A stretch of 64,000 bases of DNA, taken from positions 1-64,000 of the IMG/VR virus record IMGVR_UViG_3300022719_000071. One strand, given 5' to 3'. Source of the DNA: a virus. Taxonomy: Duplodnaviria; Caudoviricetes. Below are positions 1 to 10,475 of the stretch, in pieces (positions within the stretch are counted from its first letter, which is position 1; each line of letters starts with the position of its first letter). Under the pieces are notes generated by a model. It was not told the DNA's origin, searched no databases, and saw only the letters and a program-made list of their open reading frames with translations. Position numbers and translations under genes: made by a program.

Positions 1-8
1 TTACAGCT

Positions 9-2462
9 TTGTCTGTAGCTGATGGTTTGGAAGCGGTTAGAACCATGAATGAGACCCACTGGCGTATGCCAACTGGTTCTCGCATTGGTGATATCTCTGA
101 TGTTGACATTTCTAGTGCTTCTCCGGGTGACGTTCTGCGCTTGGGTAGTAGTGGTGGTTGGGAAAACACAGATCCAACCACTATCGGTTCTGCCCTTGTT
201 CTTGAAGAAGAGGGTGTAACGGTTGGTGGTGGGCCACACAGCATATTGAACTTTGTTGGTGCATCCGTAACAGTAACGGATGCTGGTGGTGGTGAAGCCA
301 CTATTACGGTTACCGCTAGCACGCAGAATATTTACGAGACATTTGCTGGTGACTCTGGAACTCCTACTACTGCATCGTCACCCACTGACACCCTGACTAT
401 TACCGGTGGCACGAACGTTTCCACGATTGCCAGTCCCGATACGATTACTGTTAATGGTGTCAATATCTGGAACACGGTGGCTGGTGATTCGGGTTCTACT
501 AATCCTGATACCGCTCTGGACACACTGACGGTTGCTGGTGGTACTGGAATTAGCACGGCTGTGTCCGGTGATACACTTACTATCACGAATGATTCTCCGA
601 ATGTAGACCAGAATCTCTTTGAGACTGTTTCTTCGGATTCCGGTTCTACGACTGCCGATACCACCACGGACACTCTGACCATATCGGGCGGAACAGGTAT
701 TAGCACGGCCATAGTTGGTGATGTTCTTACCATTACAAACGATGATCCCAATGTAAACCAAAATCTCTTTGATACCATCGTTACCCCTGCTGGTGGTCCA
801 GTGGTAGCTGATAGTGCCACAGATACTCTCACATTGACCCAGAGCGCCGGTATCAGTATTACTGGTACGGCGGGCACCGATACTATTAACATTGCCCCTG
901 CGAACGATCTAGCGGCTCTGGAGGCTCTTGCTACGACTGGATTCCCCGCACGTACTGGTGCTGAGACATGGGCATTACGTTCCTTGATCCAGCCTGCTGC
1001 TGGACTAACGATCACAAACCCTGCTGGTATTGCGGGCAACCCCACATTCTCTCTAGCGAACGACCTAGCGGCTCTGGAGGCTTTGGGTAGCACAGGGGTT
1101 GCTGTTCGTACTGGTGCTAACACCTGGGTACAGAGGACGGTTGTTGCTTCTGCTGCTGAGGATTTCACTGGCATTAACGTTGTCAATGGTGATGGCGTAT
1201 CTGGTAACCCAACCATCGGATTGGATATTGATGGTCTGACTTCATCCCCTACCGAGATGGCAGCAACAGATGAGTTTGCAGTTCACGACAAATCCGAAGG
1301 AACTGGTGGTGCTAACCGAAGCATGACCGGTACCCAAATTGCTAACGGTGTTTCTACTATCCTGGGATTGAACGCTGATAGCGATTTGGCTGGTGTTACG
1401 GTTGCTAATTCTGCTACTACTGCAATCCCATTGACCTGGACTGATGTAACTTGGGATACAACTCATTTTGAGAATGATCCTTCCATAATTGAACACAATA
1501 ACTCACTCACCGACCGCATCGAAATCAAGGAAACCGGTACCTACTTTGTATTCTTTAATATATCATTTGATGCTGATAGTGGAGAGGAAACTATTGAGGC
1601 ACGAGTGCGTGTCAATGACACTACCGTTCTTCCGGGTAGTATTAGACTAGCTAGCGAGGACGATGAAACCAATGATTTGAGTAACGCCTTTATGGCATCA
1701 CTCACGTCTGGTGATTTCTTAACATTCCAAACTCAAGCAAGTGGTAGTGGTAATACTCAGCAATCATCGTCCAACTTCAGTGTTGTACGTGCACGTGGGG
1801 CACGAGGAGCACAGGGTCCATCTGGTGCTGGTTCTACCGTCGTTGTTCAAGAGGAAGGTGCAACGGTCACTGGTGGACCGCATAGCACATTGAACTTCAT
1901 TGGTTCCAGCATCACTGCTACCGATTCTGGTGGTGGTGTGGCAGATATTACGGTTACCGCTAGTTCTGAAAAGACCAATTTCCATTATAATGCATGTGAG
2001 CTTGACAGTCCGGTTAACGACGATTGGGCTGTTAACGGATTAGCTCCAGCATCCCCAGATACAGTCAACGCTGCCGTTATCGTTCGTAGATTTGATGACA
2101 CGACTGAGGAGGGTGTGGGTTGGATCCATCGTATTCCAACTGGCGTTACCAATATGACGATTAATTTCGTGAGCCGTCGTCAGACTGCTGGTTCTACACA
2201 GACTGTAATCCCACGGTTGTATCGTCGTCAGTTTCCTGATAACGCTGCTCCAACAGCATGGAGTTCACAATTGTCCTTGACTGCTTTGTCATTTCCTAAC
2301 AACGTGAATTATCAGTACGACTCCCAAACTATTACTTTGGCTACTCTTGGTCTTACTGCTGGTCAAACCACTCAATTCGAATTGACTCGTTTAGGAACCG
2401 TGAGTGGTGACACCTTGTCTGGTGACTGGAACCTTCTTGAATTGCGTATCGTGTACACATGA
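9..2462 (+). CDS. Virion/tail structural protein with Thr/Gly/Asp-rich repeats (5'-truncated at window edge)
   Basis: 817-aa ORF open to the window edge. Repeated DTLT(V/I)xGGTGIST and NDLAALEAL units; two VVxEEGxTVxGGPHSxLNFxG units; shares NGDGVxGNPTIGLDI with 53581..57135. Confidence 0.7.
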   Translation: MSVADGLEAVRTMNETHWRMPTGSRIGDISDVDISSASPGDVLRLGSSGGWENTDPTTIGSALVLEEEGVTVGGGPHSILNFVGASVTVTDAGGGEATITVTASTQNIYETFAGDSGTPTTASSPTDTLTITGGTNVSTIASPDTITVNGVNIWNTVAGDSGSTNPDTALDTLTVAGGTGISTAVSGDTLTITNDSPNVDQNLFETVSSDSGSTTADTTTDTLTISGGTGISTAIVGDVLTITNDDPNVNQNLFDTIVTPAGGPVVADSATDTLTLTQSAGISITGTAGTDTINIAPANDLAALEALATTGFPARTGAETWALRSLIQPAAGLTITNPAGIAGNPTFSLANDLAALEALGSTGVAVRTGANTWVQRTVVASAAEDFTGINVVNGDGVSGNPTIGLDIDGLTSSPTEMAATDEFAVHDKSEGTGGANRSMTGTQIANGVSTILGLNADSDLAGVTVANSATTAIPLTWTDVTWDTTHFENDPSIIEHNNSLTDRIEIKETGTYFVFFNISFDADSGEETIEARVRVNDTTVLPGSIRLASEDDETNDLSNAFMASLTSGDFLTFQTQASGSGNTQQSSSNFSVVRARGARGAQGPSGAGSTVVVQEEGATVTGGPHSTLNFIGSSITATDSGGGVADITVTASSEKTNFHYNACELDSPVNDDWAVNGLAPASPDTVNAAVIVRRFDDTTEEGVGWIHRIPTGVTNMTINFVSRRQTAGSTQTVIPRLYRRQFPDNAAPTAWSSQLSLTALSFPNNVNYQYDSQTITLATLGLTAGQTTQFELTRLGTVSGDTLSGDWNLLELRIVYT

Positions 2463-2469
2463 GGGTAAC

Positions 2470-3135
2470 ATGATGGGTATGTTATTCACTGGTAACAACG
2501 ATATGACATCCGGTGGTTCGTACAGTCGTACGATGTCGAATCACACGGTCATGTATTGGCTTCGTTGCGATAGCGATGCTACAGTTCGTCGTCCGTTTGG
2601 TAACACTGGTCTATGGGAGGCACGTACTACTGGTAGCGGTGGTGGAACTGCCACGCTGATCAGTGACTACTTGCAATCTGGAATATTGGGTCACGTTATC
2701 TTAACGATTGGTACTATGCACCACGTGGCGTTCGTTCAAAATGTCAGCGGTTCCCAACGATTGGCATATCTGGATGGGGTATTGGTTAACATTGTTAACA
2801 ACGCATTCTTCTCTGGTACTCAAAACGGATTAGTTAGAATCGGTACTTCACCGGGTAATATTAATCAGGAATGGTTTGGTGTCATTGATGACATCCGAGT
2901 GTATGACCGAGTTGTTCCAGCCGATGAAATCCAAACGATCCATGCGTGTCGTGGGCGTGACTGCATAATGGACTCTTTGGCGTTGTGGTATCCGATGAAT
3001 GAGGGTGCAGTAGGAACGATTCCGGGTACAGCCGTTGAACGTGTTCAGGGTGGTGGATTGAATGCCACGGTCAGTGGAGGATCTCCTGTATACAACTACG
3101 ACGCCGGTCTAACATATAGACGTGCGGAGCTATAA
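2470..3135 (+). CDS. LamG/concanavalin-A-like lectin domain virion protein
   Basis: HHVAFV...LAYLDG...GVIDDIRVYDRV is the LamG pattern; start at ATG 2470 after GAGGG. Confidence 0.75.
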   Translation: MMGMLFTGNNDMTSGGSYSRTMSNHTVMYWLRCDSDATVRRPFGNTGLWEARTTGSGGGTATLISDYLQSGILGHVILTIGTMHHVAFVQNVSGSQRLAYLDGVLVNIVNNAFFSGTQNGLVRIGTSPGNINQEWFGVIDDIRVYDRVVPADEIQTIHACRGRDCIMDSLALWYPMNEGAVGTIPGTAVERVQGGGLNATVSGGSPVYNYDAGLTYRRAEL

Positions 3136-3137
3136 GA

Positions 3138-3869
3138 ATGGCAATTAGATTTATAGGGAATGGTGACAATGTGGCTAACAATTCAACCACGTTAACAAAC
3201 GGATTGAGTGCACTATCCATGGTTGCTTGGATAAAAAGCGATGTAACCGGTACCGACAAGGGTTGGTTAATCATGGGTGACCCTTCAGATCAAGATCGTT
3301 TAAACTCTATGCGCTACGACAATATCGGAGCGGTCACTGGTAACAACAACTGTCTTAAAGGAGGCATACTCCTTAGTCCGGGTAATATTGAGCATTCAGC
3401 GGAAACCATCGCCAACATTCAAACCACCAACTGGCAGCATTGTGTGTTTCGTTGGAAAAGTGGTACTGATATCAATTGGATTATAGATGGAGTTGCAGTC
3501 AATGATGCTGGTGGAATCACTGGTGGCAACACGGGGACCATTACCGGACAGACAAAAATCATCGTTGGTCTAGGGCCAAAAGATAACTCTGGTAGCAATT
3601 CCTGGAATGGAATAGTTGGTGAGATTCGTGTGTATAACAAGTACCTGAGTCTGAGTGAAGCACAGACCATGCACGCTTGTCCGGGAACAGACGGAATTCT
3701 TGATGGTTTGATTTACCACTATCAATTTGAAGAAGGTGGAGAAGGGGAGAATGTTCCAGCAACATCTGGGATCATCAAGGGTGAAAGCGCTAACAAAGTT
3801 GATTTGACAAGAATCGTCGTGGGACCAACGTGGGATGGCAGTATCATTGGGTCTAGAGCAATCAGGTAA
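3138..3869 (+). CDS. LamG/concanavalin-A-like lectin domain virion protein
   Basis: WQHCVFRW...IIDG...WNGIVGEIRVYNKYLS; paralogue of the upstream gene (shared TMHACxG motif). Confidence 0.75.
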   Translation: MAIRFIGNGDNVANNSTTLTNGLSALSMVAWIKSDVTGTDKGWLIMGDPSDQDRLNSMRYDNIGAVTGNNNCLKGGILLSPGNIEHSAETIANIQTTNWQHCVFRWKSGTDINWIIDGVAVNDAGGITGGNTGTITGQTKIIVGLGPKDNSGSNSWNGIVGEIRVYNKYLSLSEAQTMHACPGTDGILDGLIYHYQFEEGGEGENVPATSGIIKGESANKVDLTRIVVGPTWDGSIIGSRAIR

Positions 3870-3877
3870 ATACGAGC

Positions 3878-4498
3878 ATGGCTAACGCAATTAAGAAAAC
3901 TGCTGATTCCAATGGACTCTTCGAGTACGTAGAAAGCATCAACACGCCTGATTTCCCTGACACGGATTGGGAATTCGATCCAGATGTTTCTGGCGTTGAC
4001 GGAGTTGCACGAAAGTATTGGAAATACGATGGCACTAACGTTGTCGTTGAGATGTCCACGGAAGAGAAGAATGCTGTAGACGCAGCGTTGGCGGAAGCAT
4101 CAGCCACGACCAACACCGAGGGACACTACAGCTTCCTGCATTGGGGAGCAGCCAAGAAGACGTGGTTGCGCATGGGACTCGTAATGCCATCGAATATGAT
4201 GCCGGTCATCATGACGAATGATTGTGTTGTAACGGGATTTACATATGTCTGCTACACCGATAATTCGGATTGTGATATTGAAATTTACAAGAACGCAGTG
4301 TTGGAATACACTTGGGAAATTCGTAACAAGCGGCTTGCATACAAGTCCGATGAACTTTCCGCAGTGACATTTACTGCTGGGGATAGAATTTCAGTTCGAT
4401 TGGTTTCTGCTGGAAAATCTCCCTATTACCCATTGTTTACCTTTTTTTATCGTTACACAACACATGCTACAGGTGAGGGCGGATTAGCCTCGATGTAA
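3878..4498 (+). CDS. Hypothetical virion-associated protein
   Basis: 206-aa ORF in the structural operon. Confidence 0.6.
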   Translation: MANAIKKTADSNGLFEYVESINTPDFPDTDWEFDPDVSGVDGVARKYWKYDGTNVVVEMSTEEKNAVDAALAEASATTNTEGHYSFLHWGAAKKTWLRMGLVMPSNMMPVIMTNDCVVTGFTYVCYTDNSDCDIEIYKNAVLEYTWEIRNKRLAYKSDELSAVTFTAGDRISVRLVSAGKSPYYPLFTFFYRYTTHATGEGGLASM

Positions 4499-4510
4499 GA
4501 GAGAACAAAT

Positions 4511-5449
4511 ATGTCTATTTTCAGAGTTAGAAATGCATCAGGATCAGAAGGCACATGGGCTGGAGAAACGCTAGCTGATGGTGAGACTTTTGATATTATC
4601 GGTGAAAATAATTTACAGGTATGGAGGGGAGATGGGGATGTCATGCTCTCCGTGGCTCAAGGCAACCTGATTGTCAACAATGGTTCCGAGGATATCTTAA
4701 ATGTCACTGATGCTTGGCGTTACTTGAGTGGTGACACTTTACCTAAGTCCAAACTTGACAACACTAAGGTGGCTGTTCACTCTTCACCTAAGCCAGATAT
4801 CTCTGGCATTACCACATACGCTGTATGGACAGGTGCTGGTGACGATCCAGCAACCGGTGACATAGGTGAGGGAGACTTACTCCACTTCGAGTCTGAAGTT
4901 GGTGTTGCTGAAAAAATAATCGATGTGCATTTTAGCCCCGTACACGGTCGTATTTGGTTGCACGAGGGATATGTTAAGTTCAATGGTGCTGGTATTGGGG
5001 ACAACATGTCTGCTGAAGTTATCGCAACAGCTACTCCATTACAGCAATCTGTAGCGCTGGATTTGGTAGTCACAGACAATTGGATCACTTTCGCTCCCGG
5101 TGGACCAGGAACAGGAACACACGGTTTTGCAGACCCAACCAAGATTTCTTTGGTGGGACGTACATTCTCCAAGGATGGGGATTGGGATTACGATGGTGTG
5201 GATCTGACACCCAATTTCGCTGGTAATGGTGAATACAAGATTTCTGACATCGATAGAATCGCTCACCGTTTCATCAATAAAATTCCTTGTTATGATACGG
5301 CTAGCAACTACTTCACGATGTCATCAGATGAGACCTCAGAGTTGCCAGCGAACTACTTCCTACGAGTGAAGCAAAATAACGTATCAAATACGGTATGGCA
5401 TGCCTCGATTATCATAGAGATTTATCGTCAAAGGACGATGGTTCCGTAA
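4511..5449 (+). CDS. Hypothetical virion-associated protein
   Basis: 312-aa ORF with RBS-like GAGAG, last gene of the + strand structural run. Confidence 0.6.
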   Translation: MSIFRVRNASGSEGTWAGETLADGETFDIIGENNLQVWRGDGDVMLSVAQGNLIVNNGSEDILNVTDAWRYLSGDTLPKSKLDNTKVAVHSSPKPDISGITTYAVWTGAGDDPATGDIGEGDLLHFESEVGVAEKIIDVHFSPVHGRIWLHEGYVKFNGAGIGDNMSAEVIATATPLQQSVALDLVVTDNWITFAPGGPGTGTHGFADPTKISLVGRTFSKDGDWDYDGVDLTPNFAGNGEYKISDIDRIAHRFINKIPCYDTASNYFTMSSDETSELPANYFLRVKQNNVSNTVWHASIIIEIYRQRTMVP

Positions 5450-5767
5450 TCAGAAGTGGTCGAATTTTTTCGCTTCATGAACCTCTGAACTAATATCACG
5501 CACATCGAACTCTAGCAGGGTCTTGAACTCTGCTACGGTGATCAATTCTATGCACCACAAACCATAAGGCGAGCGACCAAGAAGTTGTTTGAATATTCCA
5601 CCGTCCGAAAGGAAGTATCCGTGCCTATACAGAAACACGCTTGTGTTGTTGCCAAATAATAGATGCTCGGCAGACATTATAGCGACTGCTTCCCCTTGTG
5701 GCTTGGTTCTGATCACGAACGGAACAAGATCGGTGTCGGGGATGAATTCAATCGTCCTGGTTGACAT
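5450..5767 (-). CDS. Hypothetical protein
   Basis: 105-aa ORF convergent on the structural operon. Confidence 0.5.
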   Translation of the reverse strand: MSTRTIEFIPDTDLVPFVIRTKPQGEAVAIMSAEHLLFGNNTSVFLYRHGYFLSDGGIFKQLLGRSPYGLWCIELITVAEFKTLLEFDVRDISSEVHEAKKFDHF

Positions 5768-5891
5768 GGATCACTCCCATCTTAGTGCTTGGTAACTGCT
5801 ACCACTTCACCGTGTGTGCGGATGGTGACATACACGACCTTGGAGGGATCCTTGAGAAGCTTCCGCAGTTTCTGGTTTCGTTGTTGTGTGT

Positions 5892-6680
5892 TCATGTCCA
5901 CTCCATGGTAAACAGGAACTCGTGGTCATCCTTTACGAATGGGGACTCTTCATCCGTCATGACCTTGAATAGTGGGGAATACTGAAGCATCCATGACATG
6001 ATCTTGGTGTCTGGATCTATTCGGGTGCGGGTCTGGTACATGTAACTGAAGTCAGCCCACACCAGTTTGTGCTTTCGAAGCATGATCGGATTGAACTCCA
6101 ACACTTCCATGCAGGGCATAAAACTTGCATAATTACCCCGCCCCCAACGGCTCTTGTATTTGGTATGCCATTTGGAGGCAAGACGAATTGGACGACGCCA
6201 GTATCGCTTGAAAATTCTGTATGGAACTTGACAGAACTGCACTTGAAATCCATCGTGTGGATTAGGAAACAATGTTTCGTAGAATCGCTGTCCTGCCACG
6301 AGAGATCCATTGCCATACTTTCGCCTTTTGAGTCCGGGCATCATGTGGGCGTTGTTGGTGACCAACCATTCTGTACCTTCACCGGGGCTCTCCGTGTGAT
6401 CGAAGATCGAGTGATCGTATCCCAGGATGCTGTTTATTGCCCTGCTTCTTCCTTGGCGGGTTGTCACAGAGAACTTTCCGTTCGCAGCCTTCTGTCTCAA
6501 GGCAAGGGCTTCCTCTTCTCTCAGAAATCGATAAGCCACCAAGCGGTACTTGGCATTGAACTTCTCTGTGATATCCACAGAGAGGACGTGATTGTCCGAT
6601 AAACGCCATAGTGGGTAGGACTCCTTGGTCTCCCATTCAATGGCGTACATCCGGTCCCGATCTAATAAGTGTCCAATCAC
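5892..6680 (-). CDS. Hypothetical protein
   Basis: 262-aa ORF with typical phage composition. Confidence 0.6.
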   Translation of the reverse strand: MIGHLLDRDRMYAIEWETKESYPLWRLSDNHVLSVDITEKFNAKYRLVAYRFLREEEALALRQKAANGKFSVTTRQGRSRAINSILGYDHSIFDHTESPGEGTEWLVTNNAHMMPGLKRRKYGNGSLVAGQRFYETLFPNPHDGFQVQFCQVPYRIFKRYWRRPIRLASKWHTKYKSRWGRGNYASFMPCMEVLEFNPIMLRKHKLVWADFSYMYQTRTRIDPDTKIMSWMLQYSPLFKVMTDEESPFVKDDHEFLFTMEWT

Positions 6681-6906
6681 GTCAGTTGTATCTCCATCAC
6701 CAATAGGATTTAATCGATATTCTCTTTACAAATATTTTATTACGAAACCATAACTAATGTCAACCACCATATCTGAGTGTTTAACAAGCTTTCATAATCT
6801 GGGAGAAAACATGAAATCACCCATACCTTTAATTCCTGGTGGTAGGATTATTCCGTTAATAAAATTGGGGTGTCCCGCATTAGGTGATCGAATGGACATT
6901 TCGGAA

Positions 6907-7617
6907 TTACGAGCCACTCTCATTCAGTTTCTGATTGATGAACTCGATTGCCTTGTAATGGTGCTTCTCGGCGATTCCTAGTTTATCGAGAGCACGAAAT
7001 ACTTCACGAAGGAAGTTGAGTTCTACATCCTTCCAGTCTCTCAAGTAGTGTTCTACGGGGGAGTTTCCATGTTTCAATTCATATTCTATAAACACCATGT
7101 ATATGCGATAGTCATCTACTTCCACACAATACGGTGGAAGCAAAGAAGATCTAAACAGTCTCCCAAGTAGACTACGGTGAAATACGTGTGGAACAGTTTC
7201 CATGGTCAGTTTGTCGGTGAACTGAAATTCTGGCATCATCAACGAACGATTAGCAGTCCAAACGTGAGTGGAATGGGCTAGCATCACATTTTTAGCTTTC
7301 AAATATTTGATTTCATTCGACAAACTGTGCTTGTACGATTTTTGTTTCATACAGATATCACGGTTCTTGCCCTTGTGGCGTTGCTGACGCTGTACTTTAG
7401 TCTTGCGGGGATAGTTTCTTTTAACACGGGTTCTGTTTGATACACCGGGCGTGATGAGCTTGCCAAGATCTAGTGTACCCAGACTTTCATTCAGGTCTTC
7501 CATGGCCTTGTCTACATCTCGTTCCATTTGTTCAATTGATTTTTCTAGCTTCTTCATGTTCTTTTCCATGGTTTGGTCGAACATCCTCATTACTTCTTCG
7601 TCAAAATCGTTGGACAT
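6907..7617 (-). CDS. Hypothetical protein with N-terminal coiled coil
   Basis: 236-aa ORF directly downstream of the NADAR fusion. Confidence 0.6.
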   Translation of the reverse strand: MSNDFDEEVMRMFDQTMEKNMKKLEKSIEQMERDVDKAMEDLNESLGTLDLGKLITPGVSNRTRVKRNYPRKTKVQRQQRHKGKNRDICMKQKSYKHSLSNEIKYLKAKNVMLAHSTHVWTANRSLMMPEFQFTDKLTMETVPHVFHRSLLGRLFRSSLLPPYCVEVDDYRIYMVFIEYELKHGNSPVEHYLRDWKDVELNFLREVFRALDKLGIAEKHHYKAIEFINQKLNESGS

Positions 7618-7619
7618 GA

Positions 7620-8402
7620 TTAGTTCAGAGGGAGAAGATCCCGTCGCTCCATAAGTAGCTTTCCAAGCATGTTGAGACCTTCCTTATTGGCGTCAACACC
7701 CCAATAGGTGTCACCCCAAGGTGCATACTCCACTAGGTAGTCCATGTGTGTATCTAGGAGTAATTGTGCAGCACGAGTTCCAGGGGCAAACTTGTATGCC
7801 AATGCTCGTCGCATAACGTCGTCCTTGCGACGATCCCAATCCCTATAACATGTAATCTGACGACCACGCTTCTTCGCTATGCCTGGGGTTGGTGCCTCTC
7901 GTACGTAATCTTGTTCTGATTCCAAGGGGCTCTTCATTGCTTGATAGTAATGTTCGGTGGTAGACCACGTGATACCGTCATCGTCCGTGAACTGATACCC
8001 GGTAGCAAAGTTAGACAGGAACCGTGATTGAGGGTTATCTTTTTTCTCGAAGAACAGCCAATTGGATACCCAGACTTCTGGTAGCTTCTTTTCGGCTTGT
8101 TCGATCATATTGGCGGTGCCTTTGCCACCCGGGAAAGCGAACAGGGCATCTGGTCTAGATTCGTTAAGCATTTGATGGTTGCGGATGTGTCCAGCACCAC
8201 GACCATGGGTTTTCCAATCTGCCGGAAAGACACGCACAGGAATTCCCATTTCTTCGGCCCATAGACCAGAAATGGTATCTGCGCCCTTGGCTGCTCCGTG
8301 GATAAGCTCGGTGATTGGGCGATTTTTGTAAAGACGGTTCAGGCGGGAAACGATAAATTCCACGTCATCAAAATCCCTTCCGCCACAGACTAATAACTTC
8401 AT
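7620..8402 (-). CDS. SLOG (YspA/DUF2493-like) domain fused to NADAR (YbiA-like) domain
   Basis: N-term LLVCGGRDF..LIHGAAKGAD..PADW..GRGAGHIRN..FPGGKGTANM (SLOG); C-term FLSNF..TTEHYYQAMK..W...M..ALAYKF..L.LL.T..L.E..DTYWG..GLNMLGKLLM (NADAR). Start trimmed to MKLLVC. Confidence 0.85.
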   Translation of the reverse strand: MKLLVCGGRDFDDVEFIVSRLNRLYKNRPITELIHGAAKGADTISGLWAEEMGIPVRVFPADWKTHGRGAGHIRNHQMLNESRPDALFAFPGGKGTANMIEQAEKKLPEVWVSNWLFFEKKDNPQSRFLSNFATGYQFTDDDGITWSTTEHYYQAMKSPLESEQDYVREAPTPGIAKKRGRQITCYRDWDRRKDDVMRRALAYKFAPGTRAAQLLLDTHMDYLVEYAPWGDTYWGVDANKEGLNMLGKLLMERRDLLPLN

Positions 8403-8499
8403 GATCGGAAGATAACTCAGAATGGGTCGGTTGTCCAGACTATCCAAGTGGTGTAAATACTCAAGTGCACCGTACTTACGTATTGCATAGGATGAATTC

Positions 8500-8730
8500 A
8501 TGCCGATTTGGAAAATAACAGCGTTGGTGGCCGTGTCTCTTTTGTTAGAAGGTTGCGTTCCGTTTTCGACTTTGGATAAAAGCACATTGCCTTTAATCTT
8601 TTCACTTGCTGCTGCTATTGGAGCAGGGTATGGGGCTTTGCGAGATCACTGTGAGGATAGGTGTGCTAGGAAGGCAGAAAATCTTGAGCGGCAAGTAAAA
8701 ACACATGTTGCGATGTATCACCCGGAATAA
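8500..8730 (+). CDS. Small membrane/lipoprotein in lysis region
   Basis: Signal peptide ending in LLEGC lipobox plus a second hydrophobic segment. Confidence 0.45.
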   Translation: MPIWKITALVAVSLLLEGCVPFSTLDKSTLPLIFSLAAAIGAGYGALRDHCEDRCARKAENLERQVKTHVAMYHPE

Positions 8731-8746
8731 GATGGTAGGAGACAGG

Positions 8747-9052
8747 ATGACTGAAATATCGTTTAGCATAGAATGGTCGGTTTGGGTTCCTATTTTGATT
8801 TCTGTGGTCTCTCTGTACTTGACTGTAAGAAGCATGCAAAAACGTGCTAACAGAGAAAAGGCTGAAGACGTTGAAGCAAAAATCGATAAGGCTCATACGG
8901 CACTAAAAGAATGTGAAGAAAATTTGCGTGCGTGTGGCCGTGAGAAGGATGAACTACGTCGTGATAAACTTGTACTGTTGGAACATATCGCTCGCTTAAC
9001 TAAATCGAATAGTAATAGTGGGAACCCTAGTGGCTCTGAAACTCCAGCCTAA
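8747..9052 (+). CDS. Single-TM coiled-coil protein (lysis region, possibly holin-like)
   Basis: N-terminal TM WVPILISVVSLYL followed by coiled coil. Confidence 0.5.
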   Translation: MTEISFSIEWSVWVPILISVVSLYLTVRSMQKRANREKAEDVEAKIDKAHTALKECEENLRACGREKDELRRDKLVLLEHIARLTKSNSNSGNPSGSETPA

Positions 9053-9082
9053 ATACTGGTTAAATATTAAACGAGGTATACC

Positions 9083-9619
9083 ATGCCATTCTTTCTACTA
9101 AAGGGTCTGTCTTTTCTTCCTTTTGGTGGGATTTTAAAAAACCCCAAGATCCTGTTTGCTCTTATTCTGGTGGTTGTTTTGGCCGTGGTGTACTTCAAAT
9201 GGAAGGGTGCCATCGAGGATCGCATTGCTAATGAGATTTTCACTGAGCAAGCACAGCAGCACATTGAGAATCAGAAGAAAGAGTTGGAGAGAATTCAGAA
9301 ACTATCCGTCGAAAGTCAACGTGCTGTGAGGGAAGCTCAAGAGCGTAGAGAAAAGCTACTACGTGAAGTAGAGCAAGCTCGTAGTGCCACCAGGAATGTA
9401 GATCCCGACCGTGATGGTGAAGTATCTCCGGTACTAAGAGATACCCTGGATTTTATTCATTCCAGACATCACGCACAAAGCCCTCAGCCACCAGCACAGC
9501 GCTCGTTGACCCAGAGGGCTGGTGCTGCCCTTGAGTCGGGTACGAAAGCCGTACAGGGCGCTGTGAAGGCGACTGGCAATGCTGCCATCGACGCTTGGAA
9601 GAAAGCGAGGGGACAATGA
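9083..9619 (+). CDS. Putative inner-membrane spanin (Rz-like)
   Basis: N-terminal TM then long helical region; stop overlaps the start of a lipoprotein (ATGA). Confidence 0.6.
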   Translation: MPFFLLKGLSFLPFGGILKNPKILFALILVVVLAVVYFKWKGAIEDRIANEIFTEQAQQHIENQKKELERIQKLSVESQRAVREAQERREKLLREVEQARSATRNVDPDRDGEVSPVLRDTLDFIHSRHHAQSPQPPAQRSLTQRAGAALESGTKAVQGAVKATGNAAIDAWKKARGQ

Positions 9620-9897
9620 GAATACTAGCGGTTGTTTTTATGGCATTGGTTTTGAGTGCTTGTGGTAGTAACAAGGTTCTGGTTACTGAGAAGACGCATA
9701 TTGTGGTCATGCCAGATGAAGGTTTGTGGCAGTGCCCGGATGTACCAAAGCCTCCGGTCGGTGAGTATACCCAAGCTGAAGTTGCTGACTATATTCTACA
9801 GTTGTATTCGGCTCATCAGCAATGCTGGAAGTCTATCGAGGATGTGAAGAGATATCTGGAACAGGCGGCTGAAATTACGGAGCGAGTACAGAAATGA
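9616..9897 (+). CDS. Putative outer-membrane spanin lipoprotein (Rz1-like)
   Basis: MRILAVVFMALVLSA-C lipobox, Pro-rich with two further Cys; overlaps the Rz-like gene. Confidence 0.65.
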   Translation: MRILAVVFMALVLSACGSNKVLVTEKTHIVVMPDEGLWQCPDVPKPPVGEYTQAEVADYILQLYSAHQQCWKSIEDVKRYLEQAAEITERVQK

Positions 9898-10154
9898 CTT
9901 CATTGCATTGGGTAATATTACTGATTTTGCTATTGACTGCATGCAAGCCGGTACCAGAAATCAAAGAACCGGACAAAAAACCGGCCATTGAACAGCCTGT
10001 TGTTCCAGAAAAGATTGAAAATTCAACATCTTCTGTAAAGGAAGAACCGGTCAAACAACCGGCTATAGATTGGGATTGTAGTGCCACCGATAACGATGTT
10101 ATCAACACATGGAAGCGTATTTTCAAGTGTAATGGTAAACTGGATGGAGAATGA
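9894..10154 (+). CDS. Small lipoprotein
   Basis: LLLTA-C lipobox. Confidence 0.55.
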   Translation: MTSLHWVILLILLLTACKPVPEIKEPDKKPAIEQPVVPEKIENSTSSVKEEPVKQPAIDWDCSATDNDVINTWKRIFKCNGKLDGE

Positions 10155-10393
10155 CGATGGATAGTTTAATTCTTGTGCTGTTAATTCTAATTTTTTTCTT
10201 CATTGCTACTGCGTATTTTGTATCGAACAATCGTGATGAACGTATTGAATATAAGATCAAAGCGTTGGAGAAAAAAATTAAAGAGTTAGGTGATATCGTA
10301 GAAGGGATTTCCCCGGGAGGGAAACTGATACCTGAAGGCAACGTTTCTTTTTGGAAAAGGGTGTCTCACTGTATCAAGCGTCTTTTCTTTTAA
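10151..10393 (+). CDS. Small membrane protein
   Basis: N-terminal TM; overlaps the previous stop. Confidence 0.5.
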   Translation: MTMDSLILVLLILIFFFIATAYFVSNNRDERIEYKIKALEKKIKELGDIVEGISPGGKLIPEGNVSFWKRVSHCIKRLFF

Positions 10394-10475
10394 TTTGTTT
10401 TTAAAGAATGGTGCAACCCATTTACTCGGATAAGTCGTCTTTAGACATTTATTCTAGTCTTAGAATCGAAATGGC

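Noticed and set aside
332-1216. Long antisense ORFs (also 14172-15368, 42423-43370, 55098-55832, 12742-13482, 28018-28827)
   Set aside because: Shadow frames of well-supported opposite-strand genes with biased codon usage.
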